Assembly (NCBI RefSeq): GCF_000142905.1
Contig: NW_013657656.1
Coordinates: 344,991 to 408,990, forward strand
Length of the DNA stretch: 64,000 bases
Direction of reading: 5' to 3'
DNA from: Thecamonas trahens ATCC 50062
Lineage: Eukaryota; Protista; Apusomonadida
The stretch's first letter is position 1. Each line of letters starts with the position of its first letter. The translations under genes and the position numbers were made by a program. Positions 33,823 through 42,676 of this stretch are shown one piece after another. The notes beneath the pieces are model-generated. The model did no database searches and was not told where the DNA came from. It was given only the letters and a program-made list of their open reading frames with translations.

Positions 33823-35409
33823 ATGTCGGGACGCGGACGGGTCGACTCGTCGGCGCTGGAGAAGCGGCTGGACGAGATGGAGGCCTCCATGGACGTCGAG
33901 TTTGAAAAGCTGCAGTCGCTTATCTCGCGCCAGAAGCGGCGTGGGTCGTCGGTGGACCTGGCAACGAGCACGGGCTCGGCGGGCTCGTCGCCGGCACTGG
34001 GCCTGGCGACACCTACTATCGACACAAACTTGTCCTCGCGGTCCATTTCGGGACTTTCGCCGGGCGCCGCCGACGTCGCAGGCTCGCCTGGGCGGCGTGT
34101 GGGGCGGTCGCCACGGTCGGGCAAGTTTCCGTCGGCGGCGTCGCCGCGGGCGTCGCCACGGTCGGCACGGTTCCCGCCGCTCTCGCGGCCAGCTCACTCG
34201 GCAGGCGACTTGCTCAGCCGCGACGGGCCGGAGCAAGGCGGTGGATCCGCCGAGTTTGTTGTGACGCCGGTCAAGGCGCAACGGCGGAACTCGTCATCGG
34301 GCTCGCTCGAGTTTTCTGATGACTCGGCCGACGGCGGCGAGTACGGGACCATGGTTCGTGCCCGCGGTGGGAGCGCAGGCCAGGCAGCCGAGGACGAGGA
34401 GTCGAGCTCGAGCGTGGAGACCGGGACCATGGTACCGAATCGCGCGGCCGCCGGAGGCGACGAGGCTGCAACCGACGAGGAGGTCAAGTACTATCACCAG
34501 CCCAAGCGGAAGAAGAAGCGAAAGGACGACCCTTCGCTGCCGCACCGGTACCGTGACGGGCGGCGCGGGTCATCGGCGTCGAGCCTCCGACCCAGCTCGG
34601 GCACCTCGAAGCGGCGGACAAGCTCGCGGTCGGCATCGCCGGCGGTGGCGGCGGCAGCAGCGGCGGCCGGCCTCAACGTAGTTGGCTATCCGCGATCGAG
34701 CTCGCCCGGTGGGAGCTCAGGCGGGGCCGGGTCAGACAGGGTCCGGCGTCACCGGCGGAGCTCGTCGCGGGCGCGGGCTAGCGAGGCGGGTGGCGGCGGG
34801 CGGACAGCGACGAACAGGCGGGCCGAGTCGACGGCAAACAAGCGGAACGGGGCGGACTCATCAGGCGACGGCGACGATGTGTCGACGCTGCGGCGGAAGC
34901 GGCGCCGGCGAAAGCGGCGGTACGAGGACCTGCGGGTGCTCTCGGTCGACCAGCTCTCGGCCCGGCTGGTGGTCCTGGAGGCGCGGCAGGCGGCGTCGAT
35001 CAACAAGTGCAAAGCCAACTACTCGGCGCTGCGGCTTGTCATCTCACGAATGATCGAGATCCAGTCTGCGCCGTCACGGAGCAAGCCGAAGAGCTCAAGC
35101 CGGAGCTCGACGTCGCGCGACCGGGCGTCGCGGTCGTCACGCCGGCGCAAGGCCCCGTCGTCGTCGGCCTCGTCGTCGCCAGACTACGGGACCTCGGTCC
35201 GCCGACGGACAACAGGCGCCTCTGCCTCAGGCTCGGACGTCTCAGGCTCCGGCTCGGGCTCGGGCTACGACTACGGCACGGCGGTGATGCAAAAGCCAAA
35301 GGTCAAACCGTCGTCAGACGGCGGCAAGCGCGGAGGCAAAGCCAAGGCCAAGAGCACACAGCCCGAGACCGAGTTTGATGCCTGGTTTGCCCAGCAGCAG
35401 AAAAGGTAG
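33823..35409 (+). CDS. Disordered S/R-rich protein with SARAH-like helices and no kinase domain
   Basis: YEDLRVLSVDQLSARLVVLEARQAASINKCKANYSALRLVISRMIE aligns by eye with MST1 SARAH (YEFLKSWTVEDLQKRLLALDPMMEQEIEEIRQKYQSKRQPILDAIE); two GTMV motifs. Confidence 0.7.
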   Translation: MSGRGRVDSSALEKRLDEMEASMDVEFEKLQSLISRQKRRGSSVDLATSTGSAGSSPALGLATPTIDTNLSSRSISGLSPGAADVAGSPGRRVGRSPRSGKFPSAASPRASPRSARFPPLSRPAHSAGDLLSRDGPEQGGGSAEFVVTPVKAQRRNSSSGSLEFSDDSADGGEYGTMVRARGGSAGQAAEDEESSSSVETGTMVPNRAAAGGDEAATDEEVKYYHQPKRKKKRKDDPSLPHRYRDGRRGSSASSLRPSSGTSKRRTSSRSASPAVAAAAAAAGLNVVGYPRSSSPGGSSGGAGSDRVRRHRRSSSRARASEAGGGGRTATNRRAESTANKRNGADSSGDGDDVSTLRRKRRRRKRRYEDLRVLSVDQLSARLVVLEARQAASINKCKANYSALRLVISRMIEIQSAPSRSKPKSSSRSSTSRDRASRSSRRRKAPSSSASSSPDYGTSVRRRTTGASASGSDVSGSGSGSGYDYGTAVMQKPKVKPSSDGGKRGGKAKAKSTQPETEFDAWFAQQQKR

Positions 35410-35454
35410 CCGCCATCAACTGCGGCGGTCACAGCATTCGCTGCTGATTGTTGT

Positions 35455-36681
35455 TTACTCAGCGTCGGGCTTGGTAGCCTCCGCTTGGGCAAGCAGCTCA
35501 CGGGCAGCCTCGCGCTGCGACGACTCGAGCGCAGCACGGGCGCGACGCTCACGCATGTGGGCCACAAACTTGCGACCGACGTTTTCATGGCCGTAAAACT
35601 TGAGGAGAAGGCGGACGTCGGCAACCTTGTCGGCGACGACGGCACGGAGGAAGGGGAGCAGGGCGCCGAGCTCATTGTCGCCCGGCGCACCTGTCCACGC
35701 CGGGACGAGCAGAACGTTGTCCGGGTGCGAGGCGACGCGGCTTGGATCAGCCTCAATGGAAATGACCCTGTGAAGCGGGCGGTTGATCCGCGTGAGGTCC
35801 TTGACCGGCGCCCCGTCGTCGTTACTCTTGCACGACGGCCGGTACAGCTTGTATGCAAACATCTTCTCAAACGGATCAATCGAGCTGAGGACCGGGCCCG
35901 AAACAATGAACGACTTGACCGACCAGACCACAACTTCGTAGAGCGACGAGACCTCGCGGAGGAACGCGTCCATGCCCGGCCGCTTGAGCGTCTGGAACCC
36001 GGTCCGTGCATCGTACTTGGTGTGGATGAGCACCTCGTCGAGGCCCACAATGAGCGTGTACGGCTTGTAGAACGGAGGCGGGAGCGGGTCTGGGAGCAGC
36101 GGCTTGTTCGACTCGCCGGCAATCGAGTTGTACATGTACTTGCAGTTGGCCACAAGCTTGGCTACCAGCCCGGCGTCCTTGCCCTCATACAGCGGATGGT
36201 CCTCGGGAATGTCAAAGGTCGAGAGGACGTACGTCGACGACCCGATCGAGAACAGGCCCAGCAGCGCGAGCGAGATCCGGGCCCCGGTCGAGAGCGGGTT
36301 CTGTAGCGGCATCGGTGCCGAGTAGTCAGTGTCGAACGGGTCGTACGGGTCCTTCTCGGGGCCCTTCCACCACGGCCGCTTCTTCTCGCCTGCCGCCGCC
36401 GCCGCCGCCTCGCCCTCGCCTGCCGCCGCCGCCGCCGCCTCGCCCTCGCCCGCAGCTGTTGCTCCAGCGGCCGCAGCAGTTGCAGCCTCGTTCTGACCGG
36501 CACCCGAGGTCTCCGCGCTTGGTGTCGGCTCCTTGGCCTCACCGCTGCTGCCGTCCTTGGCCGCCGCCGCCGCTGGCGTGGTACGGACGCCGCGTGCAAC
36601 CATGTGCTCGGCGGCGCTCAGAGCCCGCGGTGCCGAGCACGACAGAGATGTTCCCACCCGCGAGTACAGAACGCGCAGCAT
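35455..36681 (-). CDS. TIM50: Mitochondrial import translocase subunit Tim50
   Basis: Transit peptide, single TM, PLLPDPLPPPFYKPYTLIVGLDEVLIH..KRPGMDAFL..VKDLTRINRPL. Confidence 0.93.
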   Translation of the reverse strand: MLRVLYSRVGTSLSCSAPRALSAAEHMVARGVRTTPAAAAAKDGSSGEAKEPTPSAETSGAGQNEAATAAAAGATAAGEGEAAAAAAGEGEAAAAAAGEKKRPWWKGPEKDPYDPFDTDYSAPMPLQNPLSTGARISLALLGLFSIGSSTYVLSTFDIPEDHPLYEGKDAGLVAKLVANCKYMYNSIAGESNKPLLPDPLPPPFYKPYTLIVGLDEVLIHTKYDARTGFQTLKRPGMDAFLREVSSLYEVVVWSVKSFIVSGPVLSSIDPFEKMFAYKLYRPSCKSNDDGAPVKDLTRINRPLHRVISIEADPSRVASHPDNVLLVPAWTGAPGDNELGALLPFLRAVVADKVADVRLLLKFYGHENVGRKFVAHMRERRARAALESSQREAARELLAQAEATKPDAE

Positions 36682-36949
36682 GGCTTGCGAGTGTGTAGCG
36701 AGAGGTGTGTGCGAAGAGCACAGCGGGCGTGGTAGTCCAGGGCGCGTCATGGTTGATCGAGGTGTGATGTGGGCGGATCGTCAGTTTCCTGCTCGATTCG
36801 AGTCCACAGTGAGTGATACAGCGTTGATGAGCAGGAGAACTTGACTAGAGGCAAAGAAAGAGTGCAGAGTATGCACGTAGTAGGGGTGGGATGCAAGCGG
36901 AGAAGGGACGGAGGAGAACGAGGACGAAATGACGACAACGCAAGAAACT

Positions 36950-37112
36950 CATGTTATGGGTACACTTTGAAATATATATTTATATAAATTGGTATAATTA
37001 TACATTTAGAATTAGAATTGAAAGGTATGGATTTGAAATTTGATTTCTAATCTATAGTATTATATTTTTATGTGAAAATGCAATGTGTTGAACGTTTTTA
37101 CGTTCTTGAATA
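36950..37112. other. AT-rich island between divergent genes
   Basis: Abrupt strongly AT-rich stretch in an otherwise GC-rich window. Confidence 0.85.
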
Positions 37113-37409
37113 TGCATGTGGTCTGGCGACCAGGTGAGCTCTCCCTGGCCTTGATCTGCCTCTTTACTCGCACACATGCATCTGTAACCAACCGCTCTAT
37201 AGTACCATGCATCATCCATCTTCAGCAACATCGCAACTGGGTCAACAGCCTTTCACAACCTTCTACAGCTCTCACACAGCCCAAAGTCTTGTCCAAAAGG
37301 CCAAAAGGCAGCAAGCTCATCTGTGATCACACAACACACCGACACATCCTCGTCCAAACCCTACACATCTCTCTCACACCTGCTCTTGCACCTGCCGCTA
37401 TCGACCGCC

Positions 37410-38807
37410 ATGGCCAGCCACGAGAAGACAGTGGCAACACCATTGCTCGAGTTGAGTCCAGCGCGTGCGGCGAGCATGGGCAAGGCACAGAGTGTGGGCC
37501 TCCCGGAGCTCGCACCCGGTACGGCGTCGCCAGCGTCGGCGGTGTTCAACGTGGCCAACCTCACGCTCGGATCGGGCACGCTCTCACTGCCATTCGTGTT
37601 TGCGGCGACGGGCATCGGGCTTGGATGCGTGCTGCTCACGGTGTGTGCGATTGCGGCGGGGTTCTGCATACTGCTGCTGACGCATGCTGTAGAGGCGACA
37701 TCGCGACCCTCGGCGGGAGGTGCGGCCGGGAGCGCGAGGATGGCGGCGTCGTACCAGGATCTGGCGCGCGAGTTCTTTGGGCGGCGGACGGCGATGGCGC
37801 TGGACGTGTTGATGACGGTCGACACGTGGTCGTCGATTCTGGCTTATTTGATTGTTATCGGCGACGTCATTCCGCCTGTCCTTCAGGCGTGGTTCGATGC
37901 CCCTGATGCGTGGCTCCTCCATCGGGCGACGGTGATGGCGGCAGTGGCCGGCGGCATCATCGTTCCGCTCTCCCTCTTGCGCTCGCTTGACGCGATGCGG
38001 TTTACCTCGGGCGCCGCCCTCCTCTGCATGCTGTACCTGGCGGGCGTCATTATTCACGCCGCCATTGCGTCTGGTTTTGACGACACTGCCGCGGGCAACG
38101 TCAACAACAAGGCAGATGTCCGGGCCGTGGCCTACGGCTGGCGGCTGGACGGCGCGTTCCTCTTTGTCTATCCCATCGTCACTTTTGCGTACACCTCACA
38201 CATCCAGATGCCTGCTGCGTACGGCGAGCTTCGAGCTCGATCAGTGAGCCGACTCATGGGCGTGGTGTGGTCAGCCATTGGTATCTGCACCGTCTTTTAT
38301 GCCACTGTTGGCATCTTTGCCTTTCTTACCTTTTACAACGGCGTCGACGGCAACGTCTTTAACAACTTTACCGACGAGGACGATGCGTTCATCGGGGCAG
38401 CTAAGCTCGCGCTCGGTCTCACGCTCGCCTTTTCGACGCCGCTGTTTGTGTATCCAACCCGTGAGCTCATTATCTCACTCGTATACCGGCGGCCCATGCC
38501 GTTTGCCTGGTTACGCCACAGCCTCGTCACCGCAGGCCTCATCAGCTTCACCCTTGTCATGGCCATCCTCATTCCGTCGGTCGAAGACGTGTTTGCGTTA
38601 TCCGGGGCCACAACAGGCACGTGCTCGGTCTACATTCTGCCGACCCTCTTCTTTCTCCGTTCTGGCCATCTCGCGCCCAACACCGTCAACACCTCGCCGC
38701 TGTGGCGGGCCGGTGCATGGGGCTTGCTGGCCTTTGGCGCTGTCTCAGGGCTGGCAGCCACAGCCACGGTGTTGTTGGACATCACCGGCGCTGTCTCTGC
38801 CAAATGA
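37410..38807 (+). CDS. Amino acid transporter (Aa_trans / SLC38-AVT family)
   Basis: AVFNVANLTLGSGTLSLPF, SYQDLA, PLSLLRSL, FAYTSH, GATTG..YILP; about 11 TMs. Confidence 0.93.
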   Translation: MASHEKTVATPLLELSPARAASMGKAQSVGLPELAPGTASPASAVFNVANLTLGSGTLSLPFVFAATGIGLGCVLLTVCAIAAGFCILLLTHAVEATSRPSAGGAAGSARMAASYQDLAREFFGRRTAMALDVLMTVDTWSSILAYLIVIGDVIPPVLQAWFDAPDAWLLHRATVMAAVAGGIIVPLSLLRSLDAMRFTSGAALLCMLYLAGVIIHAAIASGFDDTAAGNVNNKADVRAVAYGWRLDGAFLFVYPIVTFAYTSHIQMPAAYGELRARSVSRLMGVVWSAIGICTVFYATVGIFAFLTFYNGVDGNVFNNFTDEDDAFIGAAKLALGLTLAFSTPLFVYPTRELIISLVYRRPMPFAWLRHSLVTAGLISFTLVMAILIPSVEDVFALSGATTGTCSVYILPTLFFLRSGHLAPNTVNTSPLWRAGAWGLLAFGAVSGLAATATVLLDITGAVSAK

Positions 38808-38834
38808 ATAGCGAAAAACGATTCTATCTGTTGC

Positions 38835-39563
38835 TCAAACCCCGTCGCTGCCCAGCACCGCGAGATCGGCCTCGATAGCCTGCCGCAGCGCGGCCTCCAG
38901 CAGCGCGGCCTCGTCGCCGGGCTCAATGCTCGCTGGCTCCCCGGCTTCACCATCGTCAGACTCGTAGTATTCGTACTCGCATTGAGACCAGCCGTGGTCG
39001 TCACCATCGACCTCGTCGCCGCCTTTCCCTCCTGCCCTGCTCCGTACCACCGCCCGTAGCAGTGCCAGCTCAGAGTCGCGGTCGTGCAGCAGCGCACGCA
39101 TCCGCTCACCGTCGGCCTCGGCCTGGGCAGCAGCGCCCAGAGCCTCGCCATACCCATCCGCTACAGCCGCCTGTGTCTGCGCTGCTTCTACAAGCGCAGC
39201 TACCACGCCTTCCAGCTCGGCGAGCCGTGCCCACAGCGGCTGCTCGCGCGCTGCTACGGCCGCTGTCCGCGCCTCGGCCTCGGCAGCCCGCGCCTCGGCT
39301 TCGGCAGCCCGTGCCTCGGCTTCGGCAGCCCGTGCCTCGGCCTCGGCGGCCCGTGCCTCGGCCTCGGTAGCGCGTGTTTCGGCCGCGGCCAGTGCCTCAG
39401 CCGCGGTTGTTGCCTCGGCCGCCGTCCGCCGCCGGGTCTCGGCCAGTAACCGGGTCAGTCTGCGGACGGCAGGGTGGGCGGCGACGGCAGTGCGCGTTGC
39501 ACTGCGGTCTGCTTCTGCCGACGTAGCTGCAGGCTGGGCGTGTGCCATCGGCGGCTCAACCAT
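38835..39563 (-). CDS. Coiled-coil hypothetical protein with AEARAAE heptad repeats
   Basis: Open ORF; 21-bp tandem repeat at about 39265-39365; start uncertain. Confidence 0.6.
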   Translation of the reverse strand: MVEPPMAHAQPAATSAEADRSATRTAVAAHPAVRRLTRLLAETRRRTAAEATTAAEALAAAETRATEAEARAAEAEARAAEAEARAAEAEARAAEAEARTAAVAAREQPLWARLAELEGVVAALVEAAQTQAAVADGYGEALGAAAQAEADGERMRALLHDRDSELALLRAVVRSRAGGKGGDEVDGDDHGWSQCEYEYYESDDGEAGEPASIEPGDEAALLEAALRQAIEADLAVLGSDGV

Positions 39564-39695
39564 CGAGCTCGGCTCAGGCACCAGGCGCGCTCGTCCCGAC
39601 CGCCGCATCGACACGGGCCGCAATGTGGAGACGGGTGTGATGCGCGTTGAGGGCGGGGCAGGTGCACGCTGGTGGCGCCGGTATACCTGCCAGTG

Positions 39696-40026
39696 TATGA
39701 TATTCTCGTCACTTTGTCGGGCATCGACTCCTTCTGTGCTCTACGACACGCTGCATGCCATCAGGCAGGTCGGCATTCTGCTCACCATGTTTGTGGACAA
39801 GGTGACCGAACTGCTCCACAAACGGATCGTTCGCCTCGACCAGCGGTGCGACGTTCTCCGGACCGGCACATGCGCTGGTCTGGCGACAATGAAGAAGACG
39901 AAGAAGACCAGGAGGAGATCGACCGTCTCCAGATCTTGGTCTCCAAGATGACCACCATTGTCGACTCGAGTAAGTTCATTGAGGCGGTCAAGGTTCCCGC
40001 TCGCTCGGCCGGCGTTGCCAAGCTTC
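39696..40026 (+). pseudogene. Inverted, frameshifted fragment homologous to the 3' end of the 40204-41967 gene
   Basis: Encodes LYDT..KRIVRLDQRCD..RWS..EIDRLQILVSKMTTIVDS..VKV..SAGVAKL versus parent LYDT..KRIIRLEQRCD..RWS..EIDRHKLLISKMSTVVDS..VKV..SAGVAKL. Confidence 0.85.
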
Positions 40027-40030
40027 AGGG

Positions 40031-40156
40031 CACGACTTGAAGCCCGAGATGAAGCGGCACGTAGCGGTCGACGAGGCAACGTTTACAAACACAGTGTCCT
40101 TGATCGGGATCCGCTACAGGAGCAGGTTGTCCTTCTCCGAGACTAGGTCGAAAACT
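40031..40156 (-). pseudogene. Second fragment of the same gene family (internal part, same orientation as parent)
   Basis: FDLVSEKDNLLL*RIPIKDTVFVNVASST versus parent FDIVSENNHLLQKRINKNDAAFSNVASST; contains an in-frame stop. Confidence 0.8.
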
Positions 40157-40203
40157 TGGCCGGCGATGGGGGTAGCCGAGGCCAGGCAGCGCAGCCATGT
40201 GCG

Positions 40204-41967
40204 TCAAGTGCCCAGTGGGCCCGACAAGAGCTTGGCCACACCAGCCGATATCGACGAGAGGCCGATGCCAAGGAGCTTGGCGCGGAGGTTGGCATCGAGG
40301 GCGATGCCGAGGACCTTGACCGGCTCTGAGTATGTGTTTGAGTCAACGACGGTGGACATCTTGGAGATGAGCAACTTGTGGCGGTCGATTTCGGACTGCT
40401 TGTCACCGTCGTAGTCGTCGGACCAGCGGATGATGGCGGTCTGCAGTTGGTCGCACCGCTGTTCGAGGCGGATGATCCGCTTGCGGAGCATGTCACTCTC
40501 CTTGGTTACAAATGCCGTCAGGGAAATTCCGGCTTGCCCGATGGAGAGCAAGTAGACGAGGAGGACGACCGTGTCGTAGAGGGTGAAGATGGCGAGTTCG
40601 TCGAGGCCCGACGAGGTGATGAGAATGCGGTAGATCATGATGAGGGCAAATATGAGGACAAAAAACAGGGCCACAAGAGTGATGGGATCGCGGAGGACGG
40701 CGACGCGGCCCGACTCGCGGAACCGCACGTACTTGCGGATGCCGAGCCAGACTTTGAAGTTCCGCAGCGAGTTGAGCTTGAGATAGAACGGGATGTAGCC
40801 GGTCGACGAGGCAACGTTGGAGAAGGCGGCATCGTTCTTGTTGATTCGCTTTTGAAGAAGATGGTTGTTCTCGGAGACAATGTCGAAAAAGTGCGTGGCG
40901 AGGTTGACGTCTTGCCACAGATCGGCCGAGATGACCACCATGCACACGATAAAGACAAAGCCGACCACAAACGAGCAGTACATAGTCGAGAGGACAATGA
41001 CAACATCGGCAGCGTGCGGCGTGCCGTGAGAGCCCCAGAAGCCGCGCCCGTCGTCGATAATCGCCCGGAAGATCGGGCCGAGGAAAGCCTGGATAGTGGC
41101 GCCGAGAACAGCGAGCGCGAGCGTGGTCACGGCAAACGACGACTGGTTGAGAAAGTGCGCCTTGGACTCGAGGAGCTCAACAAGACGCGTCACCACCATT
41201 GTGTTGACCTCTTTCTGCCGCTCAAGCGTCAGCGAGTTGAGCACACGCTGCTTTTGTTGCTTGGGCGTGAGTGTTTTGATCGAGTCGTCGTCCGACGTCG
41301 ACGACGACGACGAGTAATCGTCAAAGTACGACGACTCGTTGCGGCCCTCCTCCTCGTCGGCCTCAAAGTGAATCGCCTCGTACCGCGCGTTGGCTCCATA
41401 CAGCAGGCCTGCAGACACTGCGATGGTGGCGTAGAAGATGACCGGCGCCACCGTCTCGGTCGTGGACACCGCCGTATCGATCGAGAGCGCAAGTGTAACG
41501 TTGAGCGCCGCAAGGATAGGAATCGGCACAAACAGCAGGAGCACCAGGTAGAAGATGCCCAGCTCGCCGCCGTTGTGCCTGTTGCGGAACGAGATGAAAG
41601 CAAATGGGGAGTAGCACACCAGTCCGATCCACACAAACGGCGCAGCCACAATAAAGAGCAGAGCAAGAAGTGTAATCCGCAGGCCCTGCGCCACATACGA
41701 CTCGGAGATGAGCCGCTTGACCGAAAAGTCGTTCTCCTCCTCCACGAGCTCGACCTTGAGATCCGTCTCCCACTGCATCAGCTTTCGCACCCGTGGATCC
41801 TCCCGCAGCTCGCGGTACTTGAGCCCGGCCATCTCGTCGATGTCCACCTCCTCCTCGGCTTGCAGAGTCGAAACGACCACATCGTTGACGTTCGCGTTGC
41901 GCTCTGGAAGCACAATCCCGCCCACAGACACCTCCGACTCTGCGTCCGGGTTAAATCGTCCGTCCAT
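40204..41967 (-). CDS. PHTF-like / 7TM ion-channel-superfamily membrane protein; N-terminus may extend to about 42197 across a frameshift
   Basis: Multiple TMs; IPFYLKLNSLRNFKVWLGIRKYV resembles PHTF PHFRLxKVxNIKxWLSLRSYL; C-terminal EPVKVLGIALD..LSSISAGV resembles PHTF PFRLYGLTMN..LSAVSGV. Confidence 0.65.
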   Translation of the reverse strand: MDGRFNPDAESEVSVGGIVLPERNANVNDVVVSTLQAEEEVDIDEMAGLKYRELREDPRVRKLMQWETDLKVELVEEENDFSVKRLISESYVAQGLRITLLALLFIVAAPFVWIGLVCYSPFAFISFRNRHNGGELGIFYLVLLLFVPIPILAALNVTLALSIDTAVSTTETVAPVIFYATIAVSAGLLYGANARYEAIHFEADEEEGRNESSYFDDYSSSSSTSDDDSIKTLTPKQQKQRVLNSLTLERQKEVNTMVVTRLVELLESKAHFLNQSSFAVTTLALAVLGATIQAFLGPIFRAIIDDGRGFWGSHGTPHAADVVIVLSTMYCSFVVGFVFIVCMVVISADLWQDVNLATHFFDIVSENNHLLQKRINKNDAAFSNVASSTGYIPFYLKLNSLRNFKVWLGIRKYVRFRESGRVAVLRDPITLVALFFVLIFALIMIYRILITSSGLDELAIFTLYDTVVLLVYLLSIGQAGISLTAFVTKESDMLRKRIIRLEQRCDQLQTAIIRWSDDYDGDKQSEIDRHKLLISKMSTVVDSNTYSEPVKVLGIALDANLRAKLLGIGLSSISAGVAKLLSGPLGT

Positions 41968-42587
41968 AGCTTGCTTGCTGTATCCGCAGAGTGGAGTCTG
42001 GATCTCGCTCGCTGCGTGCTGCTCCTGGCCAGCGCCGCTGCCTGCGGAACGGCCGCCGAACAAACGTTGCCCGCCGCCTGCTCGAAAGCCGTCGGCTCAA
42101 ACGCCGGCAGCTGGCCACCCTGTCCAAATGGCCGATGGACGCCCGTTGCAACGTCATCGCCATCTGTTGCCTGGCTGCCTTTCTCCGCATCTCGCATCTC
42201 CTCCCCTCTCTTTCCCTCCCACAACCTGATCATCCGCAGTCTGTTCACCCCCTCCCCCCCCTGTCCTCTGCCTTTCCCGGCGTGGTGCATCGAGTGCGGC
42301 AGCTGACATCCTCCGCACCTCGCCCACAGCCACGGCCACAGCCTTGGCCTCTGCCACTCCCCACTCCCCACTCACCACTCCCCACTCCCCACTCCCCACT
42401 CACCACCACTCATCGCCATTGCTGCCACGCTTTACTCTCACACTCGCCCGTAGTCGTGTCGTCCTCAGCCTCATACCCGCCCAGCCTGGGCTCGGAGCCG
42501 CCCAGCCTGGGCTCGGAGCCGCCCAGCCTGGGCTCGGAGCCGCCCAGCTCTGAGCTCGACGAAGCTGGCGAGGACTCGGCCACCTTC

Positions 42588-42633
42588 ATGGGCTCGGGTT
42601 TGGGCTCGGGCTCGGCTGCTATCGTGGGCTCGG

Positions 42634-42676
<43 letters not shown>

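Noticed and set aside
40378-42306. 642-aa plus-strand ORF and many similar long overlapping ORFs
   Set aside because: Antisense or alternate-frame shadows of real genes, expected at this GC content
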